DNA of 64,000 nucleotides, from IMG/VR virus record IMGVR_UViG_3300025913_000020. One strand, written 5' to 3'. Shown one piece after another: positions 36,801 to 45,078 of this stretch (its first letter is position 1; the number at the start of each line of letters is the position of its first letter). Under the pieces are notes generated by a model. It was not told where the DNA came from and ran no database searches. It worked only from the letters and a program-made list of their open reading frames with translations. The position numbers and the translations under genes were made by a program. Source of the DNA: a virus. Taxonomy: Duplodnaviria; Heunggongvirae; Uroviricota; Caudoviricetes.

Positions 36801-38042
36801 AACATCAGCGACGTATTCGCCTACCTGGAATCCATTCGATCCAAACTCGATGAAGCCCGCGACGCGGCGGCTGCTCGTGAACAGGACGAGGACAAGAAGC
36901 GGGACATTCTCAAGGGTCACGGCATCTACAAGGGAAGTTGCGGCCACCGCATCCAGGGCTGCCGGTGCCCGCAGGTCTGCGCCGTGATCGAGGTCCAGGC
37001 TCCGTGCCGCGAGTGTGCAAGTAAAGCCCCCATCCACGAATTCGTAAACAAGTGGCGGTCTCAACGCATTCAGGAGGCAACCGATCCTGAACACATGTTC
37101 CAGTCTCGTGAATATGACTGTGGTCCAACGTGCATCAAAATGGTGGCCAACGCTCTCGGGGTTGGCCGACAGCTCACTCTCGACGACATCATCCAGGTCT
37201 GCGGCAGCGACCCAACGACCGGGACCGACGATAAGAAGATGGAGAAGGGCTTGGCCGCCGCAGGCGTACCGTTCCAGGTAGGCGGGGCGCGCACTGCCGA
37301 AGACCTGGCGACCTCGCTCAATGCGGGCAACCTGATCATCCTGCGAACGCTAACGCGTGGCATCAAGCATTGGATCGTGCTCTACCGTTTCGACGGACAA
37401 CGCTTTCTCGCACAAGACCCTTGGCTTGGTCCACTCAGCTACACGCCCGAGGAAGTCGTCAACATCTGGAAGCCTCGCGACTATTTCTACTTTGAGGTTC
37501 CGCGCACGATGGAGCAGCGCGTGGACAGCTATCAGATTGCGACCTACGCCATGCTGAAAGCCCTGGGCGAGTCCCAGGAGGGCGGCAACCTGCTGTTCGT
37601 GAACGCGACGGGCGAAGTCATGCCTGCCCTGGAGAAAGCCATCGTGGATGTTTTCCCACGCTATGCCGATTGGGTGGTGGGCTACGCGAAGTCCGCGATG
37701 GACCCGCAGCTCTCAGTCGTGGTGCTCGATGGCCACGAGGTCGTCGGATTTTATCTCATCGGTCGGCGTGATGTGATTGACGGCACCGCTGGCATGGAGC
37801 TGATGGAAGACCTGACGCCGTACGCTCAGAAGCGTGGCGTTGAAGGCGTCGCTCTCGGGGTCGTGGGCAGCGCACGTGGACGCGGCATCGGCAACCGGCT
37901 CAAGGATTATCCCAAGCACCTGGGCGTGGAATACGTCTGGGGACTTCAGATGAGGAAGCTCGGCAACTTGAAGGACTGGCTCAAGCGCCGACGCCTGGTT
38001 GCGCAGAGCGCTGAGTGCTTCGCCACGCTCGAAGATTTGTAA
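33891..38042 (+). CDS. Polyvalent multi-domain protein: CarS-like SH3, ART-like, inorganic-pyrophosphatase-like, C39 peptidase, GNAT
   Basis: HDVEGAPVKIG...YPEDPMI...F.AEEL; AYHAS...HFGS...KNP...GYDSIVY.N; EAGNYQKGH...ISIEN.KGS.R.G...HYGYI.GT.G.D.DH.DVF; QSREYDCGPTC...HW...DP; RGRGIG. Confidence 0.8.
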   Translation: MNELIEQEVLDAKEVSTNESGRVVVESDIDLRDSLSPSFHDEVAQLLSNLGVIVESQWRPAGLATEKRFYTGPVLVIKAVTGNQDVTGPKLAEAVRSLIPDALRAQTRVWCPFLHKDVCNETLVFDVAVAGAPAVLFEFADEDEMKTISEPTDPKERIMTVLNGHGLHIESFVTTPSDPGWGDLGNPVFVIKTNLQPTEAPWTYDPVAQSGLVEFCARVKRDLEEITHQDVTFASKFAMEKGAWNITWLTDEHGKMESTGDADLDAELAKELTSDKVDRALIEDILSRYGVRLLPGDRQGTGFDIPNQPDIIPNTYHMFRGQWKPKVLWHEGSSQLGTDLRNDISAQCGVAPKDIFFYIDFASGEVEVAVPRKNLQTESELDSEAEDAKEVGEIPADRDVMPSGVEGWQSRLQNAYDSFEEFASYSDIYGLAERLGFETAQEAWEANPIIRGSVNPGDYGVVESAGDKPPWYDPNAGAQKVAHDVEGAPVKIGQIVRVTSVDEAEEGTDWAKLVGQEGKVVHLEYSCGCGQSYPEDPMIGVEFSDGTVHEFWAEELGTETNEAIRAYHASPNKFKKFDLSKEGAHFGSREQASNVRKHGLKEPVAYDLEVKNPLRLHDIGVWNNFNNLHSVLSVGDHITPEQADAAWAAWLRSDQEGWEALKAALEQNGYDSIVYQNEQEGPGDSYLVFRDGQIKRIKENDEGDFKDLWVDSPSLSHTFTFVFDFGAGEGTQEWVWTVPIEMMPPVGPDGDLEPVLDFVREYARKHMPDTPPDDWDFLVDIKPANPENLAELLREDLNDDVVAAAKEACKEPSDEQKEAGNYQKGHIVIHGLDISIENCKGSMRRGKDKGGKEWEVKLPAHYGYIKGTEGKDKDHIDVFIGEKPESEKVFVVNQNKLDGGFDEHKVLLGFEERADAIQHYDDAYTGGLGPKLRDSVVSTTMEKFKAWLQDGEHKKPFEEVELKESLQERVNISDVFAYLESIRSKLDEARDAAAAREQDEDKKRDILKGHGIYKGSCGHRIQGCRCPQVCAVIEVQAPCRECASKAPIHEFVNKWRSQRIQEATDPEHMFQSREYDCGPTCIKMVANALGVGRQLTLDDIIQVCGSDPTTGTDDKKMEKGLAAAGVPFQVGGARTAEDLATSLNAGNLIILRTLTRGIKHWIVLYRFDGQRFLAQDPWLGPLSYTPEEVVNIWKPRDYFYFEVPRTMEQRVDSYQIATYAMLKALGESQEGGNLLFVNATGEVMPALEKAIVDVFPRYADWVVGYAKSAMDPQLSVVVLDGHEVVGFYLIGRRDVIDGTAGMELMEDLTPYAQKRGVEGVALGVVGSARGRGIGNRLKDYPKHLGVEYVWGLQMRKLGNLKDWLKRRRLVAQSAECFATLEDL

Positions 38043-38044
38043 AC

Positions 38045-38060
38045 AGTTCCACGTGGAACT
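38045..38060. promoter_or_regulatory. Perfect 16-bp palindrome, parS-like
   Basis: AGTTCCACGTGGAACT, intergenic; the core matches the chromosomal parS consensus GTTNCACGTGNAAC. Confidence 0.6.
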
Positions 38061-38077
38061 TTACCGTTCTATCCGTC

Positions 38078-38392
38078 ATGTTGAGAATTAAGGAACTCAT
38101 TCAGGCGCTGCAACAACTTGATCCAAGTGTTCACGATCTGCCGGTGTGCGCTGTCTTCAAAGCCCGTGAAGTCATGTCGGGGCCGATGGAAGGAGCGATC
38201 CTGCTTTTTAACAAGCCAGCCATCGGAGCCGCGATGACACCTGAAGGACTTTATCTTTTCACGGAGGAGGATAGTGAGCTGCGCGAGAACCACATGTTCG
38301 GGATGATGCCGCCTGGTTTCAAAACAGGAAACCCCGACATCGACGTTCGCAACGCTGAAGACGATGCCGGGGAGGGATGGAAAAAAGAGTGA
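38078..38392 (+). CDS. Hypothetical protein
   Basis: GTTCT 7 nt before ATG 38078. Confidence 0.6.
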   Translation: MLRIKELIQALQQLDPSVHDLPVCAVFKAREVMSGPMEGAILLFNKPAIGAAMTPEGLYLFTEEDSELRENHMFGMMPPGFKTGNPDIDVRNAEDDAGEGWKKE

Positions 38393-38408
38393 TTCGGTGA
38401 TTGGGTGT

Positions 38409-39311
38409 TTACTTTCCCTGTTTCCACATCTCGAAGGATTTTTCCAGCCACGCCACTGCTTTGTTTCGCGCCGTGTGTGAGGTTGGTCCCTGTTTGATTT
38501 TCGGTATCTCCGTCCTGAGTAGCCGGGCGTGAATCTCGCGCTTGTCTTCCAAAAATTTCTTCAGCTCCAATGCCGGACGGCGGCAGCCTTGTTCGAGGAG
38601 GTAGGCGCAGAATGCCGAAGAAGGTAGAGAAAAACCATCATTTTCGGCTTCGTTCTCGGTCTGCTCAAGTTTTTCTTCGCCGGTTTTCTTTTTCATCAGC
38701 GCCGAAAAACGCCGCTGTAGCTCGCTGGATTCGGTGACACCTTGGATGGCGAGGATGCGTTTCTGCTGCTCCTTCTCATCGCGGTCCATGTCAAGGATCA
38801 AGCGCTGGATGAGCGTACATTCAGTGATCCCGGTTGTGATCGCCGTATTTGCACGTTCGCGAAATTCGTCGATGTTTTCGTTCAGCACGCGCTTTTGAAA
38901 ATCAGCAAACGACCGCTTTCTTTTTGAGCCAGAGCCTTTTTCCAGATAGCCTTCCTCTTTGTCAAGGATGTAACGGAGCGCGCCGATGATGGAAAAGGAG
39001 TTGATAAACCCTCGGGCTTGGAACCAAGCATAGGCTTCTTTTCCTGTTTTGGCCCACTTTTCTTCGGGTTGAGGTCTGCGCCGTGCCAGGAATGAGGTCG
39101 TCGCGAGAGTTTTAGTTGGTTCGGCTTCCATGGTATCCACCAGCGTAGCTGTGGATTTGTTTGATGTTGTCGGTGGAGTGCCGACTTCCATTGTGTGCAG
39201 GCGTCGCTCGTGACTTTCCTGCTTGGCTTTCATGTTCTTGACCGTCTGTTCGAGTTTTGAGACGGTCAGCGTGAGTTCTTCCAGTGATATTTTAGTAGGT
39301 TGAGCTGACAT
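38409..39311 (-). CDS. Hypothetical protein with coiled coils
   Basis: 301-codon ORF from MSAQPTK. Confidence 0.65.
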   Translation of the reverse strand: MSAQPTKISLEELTLTVSKLEQTVKNMKAKQESHERRLHTMEVGTPPTTSNKSTATLVDTMEAEPTKTLATTSFLARRRPQPEEKWAKTGKEAYAWFQARGFINSFSIIGALRYILDKEEGYLEKGSGSKRKRSFADFQKRVLNENIDEFRERANTAITTGITECTLIQRLILDMDRDEKEQQKRILAIQGVTESSELQRRFSALMKKKTGEEKLEQTENEAENDGFSLPSSAFCAYLLEQGCRRPALELKKFLEDKREIHARLLRTEIPKIKQGPTSHTARNKAVAWLEKSFEMWKQGK

Positions 39312-39320
39312 ACAGGCAGA

Positions 39321-39338
39321 AGAACAAAAATCCGTTCT
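39321..39338. promoter_or_regulatory. Bidirectional AGAAC-N8-GTTCT element
   Basis: GTTCT 7 nt before ATG 39346 (plus) and 9 nt before ATG 39311 (minus). Confidence 0.5.
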
Positions 39339-39345
39339 AAGCATT

Positions 39346-39639
39346 ATGGCAAAGACGATGACTAGCACTCAGCGGCACGCCGCTTACCGGAAAGCCATCA
39401 GGGCCTTTGGCCGCAAAATGTTTTTTGAGCTGAAGCTCAATGACCCAAAGAAGGGAAACTTTCTTGATTGGGAGCCGACCGGGTCTCACGGCATGAACGA
39501 GCTGAACCACCACGTGGCAAAGCTTCGTGACGCCGTCATGGACGGGAACATCACCAAAATCAGTGAGTACTGTGCCGACATCGGCAACATCGTTATGGCC
39601 ATCGAGAAAAGTCCACGCATTATCCAAAGGAACTCCTAA
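39346..39639 (+). CDS. Small MazG-like/all-alpha NTP pyrophosphatase-like protein
   Basis: MFFELKLN..K...W...L..HV.KL..A...EYCADIGNI.M. Confidence 0.4.
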   Translation: MAKTMTSTQRHAAYRKAIRAFGRKMFFELKLNDPKKGNFLDWEPTGSHGMNELNHHVAKLRDAVMDGNITKISEYCADIGNIVMAIEKSPRIIQRNS

Positions 39640-40028
39640 TGTCCACACTTCAATCCCCAGTTAAGTCAATAGGCGAGTTGAGAATCCACCGTCTTCCGGC
39701 TGGCAGAAAAGTCGCCGTCACCCACGCCATTCGTTATGACGGCCAGACGTTTATCGTAGGTCTTGACGGAAAGGTTTATTCCAATCGCGCCATGGACCAC
39801 GCCTTCTACCAGCTCAGTGACTATGGGTGGGCGACCGCCATGGTCCGAGCGCTGGCCAAGATCGGAATGATCAAAGGCAAAGACGCGGAGGCCCATATCG
39901 AGGCTGCCCGGCGCGCAGATAAGGCTCGCGAAAATCGGTCGGTGGCGGCCTCGTTTGAAGTGGACGCCAAGAATCTTGGCGTCAAACTGACGGCGAAACA
40001 GCGGCGCTTAATCAACAAGTGGAAATGA
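39639..40028 (+). CDS. Hypothetical protein
   Basis: TAATG overlap. Confidence 0.6.
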   Translation: MSTLQSPVKSIGELRIHRLPAGRKVAVTHAIRYDGQTFIVGLDGKVYSNRAMDHAFYQLSDYGWATAMVRALAKIGMIKGKDAEAHIEAARRADKARENRSVAASFEVDAKNLGVKLTAKQRRLINKWK

Positions 40029-40363
40029 ACCCGGTGCCAATCTCCTGGGACCCGAAGGTCAATACGCACGAAGGCATGGAGGCTGATGCTCAAGGGATGC
40101 TCTTTCGCAAAGACGTGGCACCCGGTGCCGCCTGGTGGGGCAAAGGCCGTAGCGGAGATACGACGGTAGAAAACGCTGTGCTGCGCTTTGCCTGCCCGTG
40201 CGGATGCGGTACGATCGGAGCCATACCGATAGTCCACTGGGACCCGAAGGGTTGGACCTGGGATGGTAATAAAGAACTTCCAACAACCAAACCGAGTGTG
40301 CTGATGCTTTCAGTTTGCCAGTGGCATGGCTACCTTACTGCGGGCGTCTGGACTCCCTGTTAA
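40025..40363 (+). CDS. DUF6527-like protein
   Basis: FACPCGCG...WTWDG....PT..PSV....C.WHGYL..G.W..C. Confidence 0.65.
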   Translation: MNPVPISWDPKVNTHEGMEADAQGMLFRKDVAPGAAWWGKGRSGDTTVENAVLRFACPCGCGTIGAIPIVHWDPKGWTWDGNKELPTTKPSVLMLSVCQWHGYLTAGVWTPC

Positions 40364-40364
40364 A

Positions 40365-40697
40365 ATGATCGGCACCATACGCCTCGGGAACAAACGAAAG
40401 GTCTCGGACTACAAGCCTGAGCTGGACGAGATCGTGATCCACATTGATCGTCCCAACCTGCTGTGCAATCCCTTTCCAGTGAATGAGCGGACCTGCCGGG
40501 CGACTTCGCTGCTGGCCTTTCACACGGACTTCGGACTGGAGATGGAGCGTCGCAAGGGACCGCGCTACCAGGAAGTATGCCGGATCGTTGGGTTGTTGCT
40601 CGAAGGTAAAGACGTGATCCTGATGTGCTGGTGTCACCCGCTTCCATGCCACGGCCAGACCATCAAGCAGTGGGTGGAGAAATTTCTGAAGCCGTGA
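40365..40697 (+). CDS. DUF4326-like protein
   Basis: IDRP..L.NPF...L.GK...L.CWCHP.PCHG..I. Confidence 0.75.
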   Translation: MIGTIRLGNKRKVSDYKPELDEIVIHIDRPNLLCNPFPVNERTCRATSLLAFHTDFGLEMERRKGPRYQEVCRIVGLLLEGKDVILMCWCHPLPCHGQTIKQWVEKFLKP

Positions 40698-40909
40698 GAA
40701 CCAAGATCATCTTCAACGACCAGGAATGGGAGGACTACAAGGCCACGTTCTCGGTCGGCAGGATGATGCACGTTCCCAAGATCGCGCCGTCGTTCCCTGT
40801 GCTCGTGGTGACGGTGATCACACCGAATCCACACCATCAGTACAGTAACCAGGCGGAGCATTCTTTTGTCGAAGCCGCTGAGCTGAAGCGGATGTTGGGA
40901 ATCAAGTAG
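40694..40909 (+). CDS. Hypothetical protein (TAG-terminated)
   Basis: GTGA overlap. Confidence 0.55.
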   Translation: MRTKIIFNDQEWEDYKATFSVGRMMHVPKIAPSFPVLVVTVITPNPHHQYSNQAEHSFVEAAELKRMLGIK

Positions 40910-40957
40910 AACTTCCGATACTTCCTTCTCGCGCAGGCACAAAGTGAGTATTGGGTG

Positions 40958-40985
40958 TTGACTTTATTACTTCCAAATGTAAACA
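40958..40985 (+). promoter_or_regulatory. sigma70-like promoter with TGTAAACA
   Basis: TTGACT-N16-TAAACA. Confidence 0.6.
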
Positions 40986-41037
40986 TTCTCTCAGAGGCCC
41001 ACCGAGGCCCATAACAATCAAATGAAAGACTACTGTT

Positions 41038-41334
41038 ATGGGCCAAAAGAAAAAGATCACGGAAGCTGACAAGATCGCTTTCCGCACACACCTGGTAAAC
41101 TTCCTGAACATGCAGGAGGACACGCGCCAGGCATCCATCGCGGCGGATACGGCTGAACGTCGAAAGCAAGAGGTGTACACCCTGGAGCGCAAGCAGCACG
41201 AGGCAGTTATCGAGCTGTGGGAGAAACTGCGCGAGCACGAGTGGATGACGTTCGAGCATTTCAAGCTGCCGGATGGTCGTCTGGTTAAGGTAGAAAAAGG
41301 CAACATTCACGTGTGTCCGGCGACGCAGCTTTGA
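41038..41334 (+). CDS. Hypothetical coiled-coil protein
   Basis: Intact ORF after the promoter. Confidence 0.6.
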   Translation: MGQKKKITEADKIAFRTHLVNFLNMQEDTRQASIAADTAERRKQEVYTLERKQHEAVIELWEKLREHEWMTFEHFKLPDGRLVKVEKGNIHVCPATQL

Positions 41335-41386
41335 CGATTGTTTGCAAGTGGTTGAAGGGCAGTAGATAGAATATACACTCTGACTA

Positions 41387-41414
41387 TTGACAAATGGTCA
41401 AATAATTGTAAACT
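41387..41414 (+). promoter_or_regulatory. sigma70-like promoter
   Basis: TTGACA-N16-TAAACT, 9 nt before ATG 41424. Confidence 0.7.
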
Positions 41415-41423
41415 ATTTCCACT

Positions 41424-41711
41424 ATGAGAAATGAATTACCCAAGACCAGCCCGGTCAGCGAATACCTCGCTGAAGTTGAACGCACCATTGCCACCTACGG
41501 TCACCGTGATGTGCAAGGTTTTATGGATGCTGCCCACACGGCCCACCAGGGCTTGAACTACAGCATCGAGCTGCCCGGATATGCAGTCAGGGTGCGTGAT
41601 TTTCTACTGAAAGGCCAATCCGTCTTCGTTCCCGACTACAAGTATTTCGACGCGCATGTCGCCGTGGAATACGCCGCCCTGGTCGCCAAGTTCAACTCGC
41701 TCAACCTCTAA
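41424..41711 (+). CDS. Hypothetical protein
   Basis: First gene of a dense co-directional array. Confidence 0.6.
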   Translation: MRNELPKTSPVSEYLAEVERTIATYGHRDVQGFMDAAHTAHQGLNYSIELPGYAVRVRDFLLKGQSVFVPDYKYFDAHVAVEYAALVAKFNSLNL

Positions 41712-41715
41712 TCCT

Positions 41716-42090
41716 ATGGACAAGAAACAATACACCTACCGCTATCGCGGATTCCTCATCAAACCCAAACGCGATTTCGGCAATGGTTATCTCAGCAATG
41801 GCCGGGTCATCAAGCGCGGCTGGAACGTCGTGAAGGACGGCTGCAACATCATGCCGGGTGCTACCTGGTTCGAGACGCCCAAGAAGGCCAAGCGCGCCAT
41901 CAATGTCCTGCTGCGCGTGAAGGGCGATGCCCAGAAGTTCTGGGAGATCATGCAGCCCTTCGAGTTCAAGCGCGTCGGCCAGAAAACCACTGAGCGCGAC
42001 TGCACCATTCGCAAGGGCCGCTTCTTCGTCAAGATCGAGAATGGCCGCGTGGTGGAGTATCGCGATGACATGAATCCCAACGGCCTATGA
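41716..42090 (+). CDS. Hypothetical protein
   Basis: MDKKQYTYRYRGF; array member. Confidence 0.6.
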   Translation: MDKKQYTYRYRGFLIKPKRDFGNGYLSNGRVIKRGWNVVKDGCNIMPGATWFETPKKAKRAINVLLRVKGDAQKFWEIMQPFEFKRVGQKTTERDCTIRKGRFFVKIENGRVVEYRDDMNPNGL

Positions 42091-42329
42091 TCGCTCCTCC
42101 CATCACCCAGTTGGAGTTCGCGCCGGAGGACTTTGAGATCGCCGAGCAGGTGGCGCGCAGGCTCGGCTACACTCAGACGGCTTACACGTCCACGAGCGCG
42201 CTCTGGGGCCTCTTTTGTCTGCCGGATAATGCCAGCCATCGCTGCGGCTGCATCATCAAGACCAAGGAGTTCGGCCTGATGTTCGTGGCCGACCTGGAGG
42301 ACATGCACATGGAGGATTTGAAGAAGTGA
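42087..42329 (+). CDS. Hypothetical protein
   Basis: ATGA overlap. Confidence 0.6.
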   Translation: MIAPPITQLEFAPEDFEIAEQVARRLGYTQTAYTSTSALWGLFCLPDNASHRCGCIIKTKEFGLMFVADLEDMHMEDLKK

Positions 42330-43120
42330 ATACCAGTGCCGAAAGCGATTCCGTTCTTACCAGTATGACGACCAAAGAAAAGCGGATACTTCTTGCACTC
42401 GCAGAAGGATTTGTTGCCAAGAAATCAGCCTGGGACTACATGGGCGAATCTGGCATCAATACCCATTACACGCTCTGGGACAACAAAGGCAATGTGCTGC
42501 ACAGTGGCCTGCGTGATTACTTTGGCAATCTCAACGATATTCGGGCGGCGCGAAAGAACCTTCTCAAGACCGAAGAACAACAGACCGCGTTCATTAGTCA
42601 TCTGCGCGAGTTCGACTTAGACGCCTATCGCGGCGTGGAGGAATGCGTGTACGAGCTGGTGGACATGGATGCGCGCCGCCAGGCTGAGGCGCTTGGCTGG
42701 ACGCTCGGCTTGTGGGAGATGGATAATTTGAAACTGTACGAGCTGGACTACTCGGTTCGCATCGTGCTGCCCTGTGGGATCATTCAGCTCGTGACCTCAG
42801 ACCAGATCAGGGACTCTTACGCTCGGCGGTGGTGCCGTCTCCATAACGCGAATCCCGAAGGCCGCTTTGCCATGGACATGCAGAATCGAATGCCGTCCAC
42901 GCTGAAGCTCTGGCTCGAATACTACGTGACCGAAGCAATGTTCCCAGGCTCCGTGCTGCTGGTCCAGGAGACTGATCCGCTGGAGTACGAGAAGAACGGT
43001 GGCTGCCCGGTCTGTCGCCGGGAGGACGAACACATGCACCCGATGGCCAAATGCGTCGCCTGCGGTTTCTACGGTGATCCGGCCACTGCCCTGAAACACG
43101 ATTGCAAATGTCAACGATAA
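42326..43120 (+). CDS. Hypothetical multi-module protein with C-terminal Cys motifs
   Basis: GTGA overlap; CPVC...CVAC. Confidence 0.6.
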   Translation: MNTSAESDSVLTSMTTKEKRILLALAEGFVAKKSAWDYMGESGINTHYTLWDNKGNVLHSGLRDYFGNLNDIRAARKNLLKTEEQQTAFISHLREFDLDAYRGVEECVYELVDMDARRQAEALGWTLGLWEMDNLKLYELDYSVRIVLPCGIIQLVTSDQIRDSYARRWCRLHNANPEGRFAMDMQNRMPSTLKLWLEYYVTEAMFPGSVLLVQETDPLEYEKNGGCPVCRREDEHMHPMAKCVACGFYGDPATALKHDCKCQR

Positions 43121-43443
43121 CCAAACGCGGTCTCGTATTCAAAGAGCAGGATGGCTCGATCTCGCTCATTCGCCTGGATGAGGAAATGGTCGTCCACGGC
43201 CTGACCATCGGTGATGAGGATGAGCTTTACGACAACTGGCCGGAGCATCATGCCGACCTGGTGGACGTGGATACCATCGGCGACGACATGAACCTGGTTA
43301 ATCTGACCTCGCTTCAAACCTTGACGTTCAGTCGTGATGGTAAAGAATGTCCTGCGCGAGAAGCAATTAACCATGGCTTAAACACGGAGCCGCAAAAGAT
43401 TTATCAGCTTTTGACCTATGGCGCGAACCAAGCTCAGTCCTGA
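43108..43443 (+). CDS. Hypothetical protein
   Basis: Array member. Confidence 0.55.
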   Translation: MSTITKRGLVFKEQDGSISLIRLDEEMVVHGLTIGDEDELYDNWPEHHADLVDVDTIGDDMNLVNLTSLQTLTFSRDGKECPAREAINHGLNTEPQKIYQLLTYGANQAQS

Positions 43444-43711
43444 ATCGCTGTGGCTGCTGTGCTACCTGAACGAGCAGCACCCGATTGGCGTCGCGTCCAC
43501 GGTGGCACTGCCGGTACCGTCGTATCTGAAGCGCGAAGTAAAGCTGTGCCAGGTTCGAGGCTTGATCCGTCGTGGGTGGGCCGAGGAGAAGCACCGGGGC
43601 ATCTTCTACATCACGCAGCGTGGCAAGGAGGCCATCACCCGCATGTTGACCAGCTACCGTGGAAACGAGATTTGGCGGCAACGGCGCACATTAGGAACTG
43701 TCCATGGCTAA
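43418..43711 (+). CDS. Putative winged-helix protein
   Basis: LWLLCYL...VRGLIRRGWAE...FYITQRGKEA. Confidence 0.5.
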   Translation: MARTKLSPESLWLLCYLNEQHPIGVASTVALPVPSYLKREVKLCQVRGLIRRGWAEEKHRGIFYITQRGKEAITRMLTSYRGNEIWRQRRTLGTVHG

Positions 43712-43973
43712 GGCTGCCAAATCGCTCGCGAAGACGAAGCTTAAGTGGACTGGTGCCTTGGTGAGCTGCTATGTCCGTGACATGAAGAATAGACGGCTCG
43801 GTCCGGTCCTGGGGATCGTCCGAGGCGTGTCCACCAACCAGGCCGCCGTGGAGGATGAGGGCGGGGACGAATACAGCGCCACCGGCCTGCTGGTGGAAAT
43901 TCCCGATCTCGGTCGCAACGTCACGTATGGCGAGTGGCCGGTGAGATTCGAAGATGCAAAGATTGAACGTTGA
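43704..43973 (+). CDS. Hypothetical protein (SH3-like)
   Basis: Array member. Confidence 0.55.
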   Translation: MAKAAKSLAKTKLKWTGALVSCYVRDMKNRRLGPVLGIVRGVSTNQAAVEDEGGDEYSATGLLVEIPDLGRNVTYGEWPVRFEDAKIER

Positions 43974-44323
43974 TTATGCTGCTTAAGCTCTCAGGACCGT
44001 TTGTACGAACACTGCTGCTGATCCCAGTGGGAGGTAATGACGTGATCGAATACTCTCCCACCGCAATACCATGGAATCTGGCAGGTCGCTTTGCTGTTCG
44101 TATGGATACACTCAACGAGCCACCGCAGCACCCTGACCATGCCCGACTGGAGGAGGTCGAGTTGCCCGAAGTCCGCGAACCGGATTGGAATCTTGAGCAG
44201 TGTGTGGAGCAGTGGCGTTCCTGGCGTCGTCAAGTCTGGTTGCATCGTTACCTTACGGCCAGGAATGAAAACAGCCGTAGTGAAGCTAAAGCGATCGTAC
44301 AGGCCATCGACCAAATAAAATGA
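43970..44323 (+). CDS. Hypothetical protein
   Basis: TTGA overlap. Confidence 0.55.
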   Translation: MIMLLKLSGPFVRTLLLIPVGGNDVIEYSPTAIPWNLAGRFAVRMDTLNEPPQHPDHARLEEVELPEVREPDWNLEQCVEQWRSWRRQVWLHRYLTARNENSRSEAKAIVQAIDQIK

Positions 44324-44556
44324 GGCGCGCACCTAACATCGACCCAAGTCCACACTCCCGGCCAGGAATCGGTGACGACCAGGCCATCACCCGGTATCCC
44401 GACGAGCCACACCCAGACAACGAGCACGCCTGGAAAGCCTGGTGGGTGAAGAAATGCTTCGATCTCCAGAAGCCGCTCACTGAAGGTGCCATCGTCTGGA
44501 TTCACCAGTGCTGGACGGAAACAAAAGCGCGCTGGACTGTAAAACAGATTTCATAA
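44320..44556 (+). CDS. Hypothetical protein
   Basis: ATGA overlap. Confidence 0.55.
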   Translation: MRRAPNIDPSPHSRPGIGDDQAITRYPDEPHPDNEHAWKAWWVKKCFDLQKPLTEGAIVWIHQCWTETKARWTVKQIS

Positions 44557-44580
44557 CACTCGAACATTGACTATTGACCT

Positions 44581-45078
44581 ATGCCTAAACTACTCCCCGA
44601 CACCGAATTCCTGGAGATGGTGGACAAGATGCCCCTCGTCTCCATCGACCTTATTATCATCGACTCCAAAGGCCGCATCCTGCTCGGCCTGCGCGCCAAT
44701 GAGCCAGCCAAGGGCACCTGGTATTTCCCAGGCGGGCGCATCTTCAAGGGCGAGATGATCCAGTCAGCAGGCAGCCGGATCGCCTTCGAGGAAGTTGGTC
44801 TGGGTGCGAAGAAGGACGCCAGGTTCGTGGGCGTCAATGAGTGGTTCTTCGACACCAACTTCTACGGCGCGGAGAATATCGGCACGCACTACGTCGCCCT
44901 GGCCTTCATGGTGCGTGCTGAGCCGGAGGAGATCACTATCTCTGTGACCGACAAGCAGCACCGTGCCAGAGCCTGGATGACTATCGAGGAGATCAAGAAG
45001 AATCCCGAGGTCAGCCCGGATGTCGTCCACGCCATCAACGAACTGGAGGCCAAGAAATACCTCCCCCAACCCGTATGA
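44581..45078 (+). CDS. gmm: Nudix hydrolase, GDP-mannose mannosyl hydrolase (Gmm/NudD)-like
   Basis: PLVSIDLII, LLGLR.NEPAKG.W..PGGRI.KGE...RI..EE.GL, THYV.L, QH...W. Confidence 0.8.
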   Translation: MPKLLPDTEFLEMVDKMPLVSIDLIIIDSKGRILLGLRANEPAKGTWYFPGGRIFKGEMIQSAGSRIAFEEVGLGAKKDARFVGVNEWFFDTNFYGAENIGTHYVALAFMVRAEPEEITISVTDKQHRARAWMTIEEIKKNPEVSPDVVHAINELEAKKYLPQPV

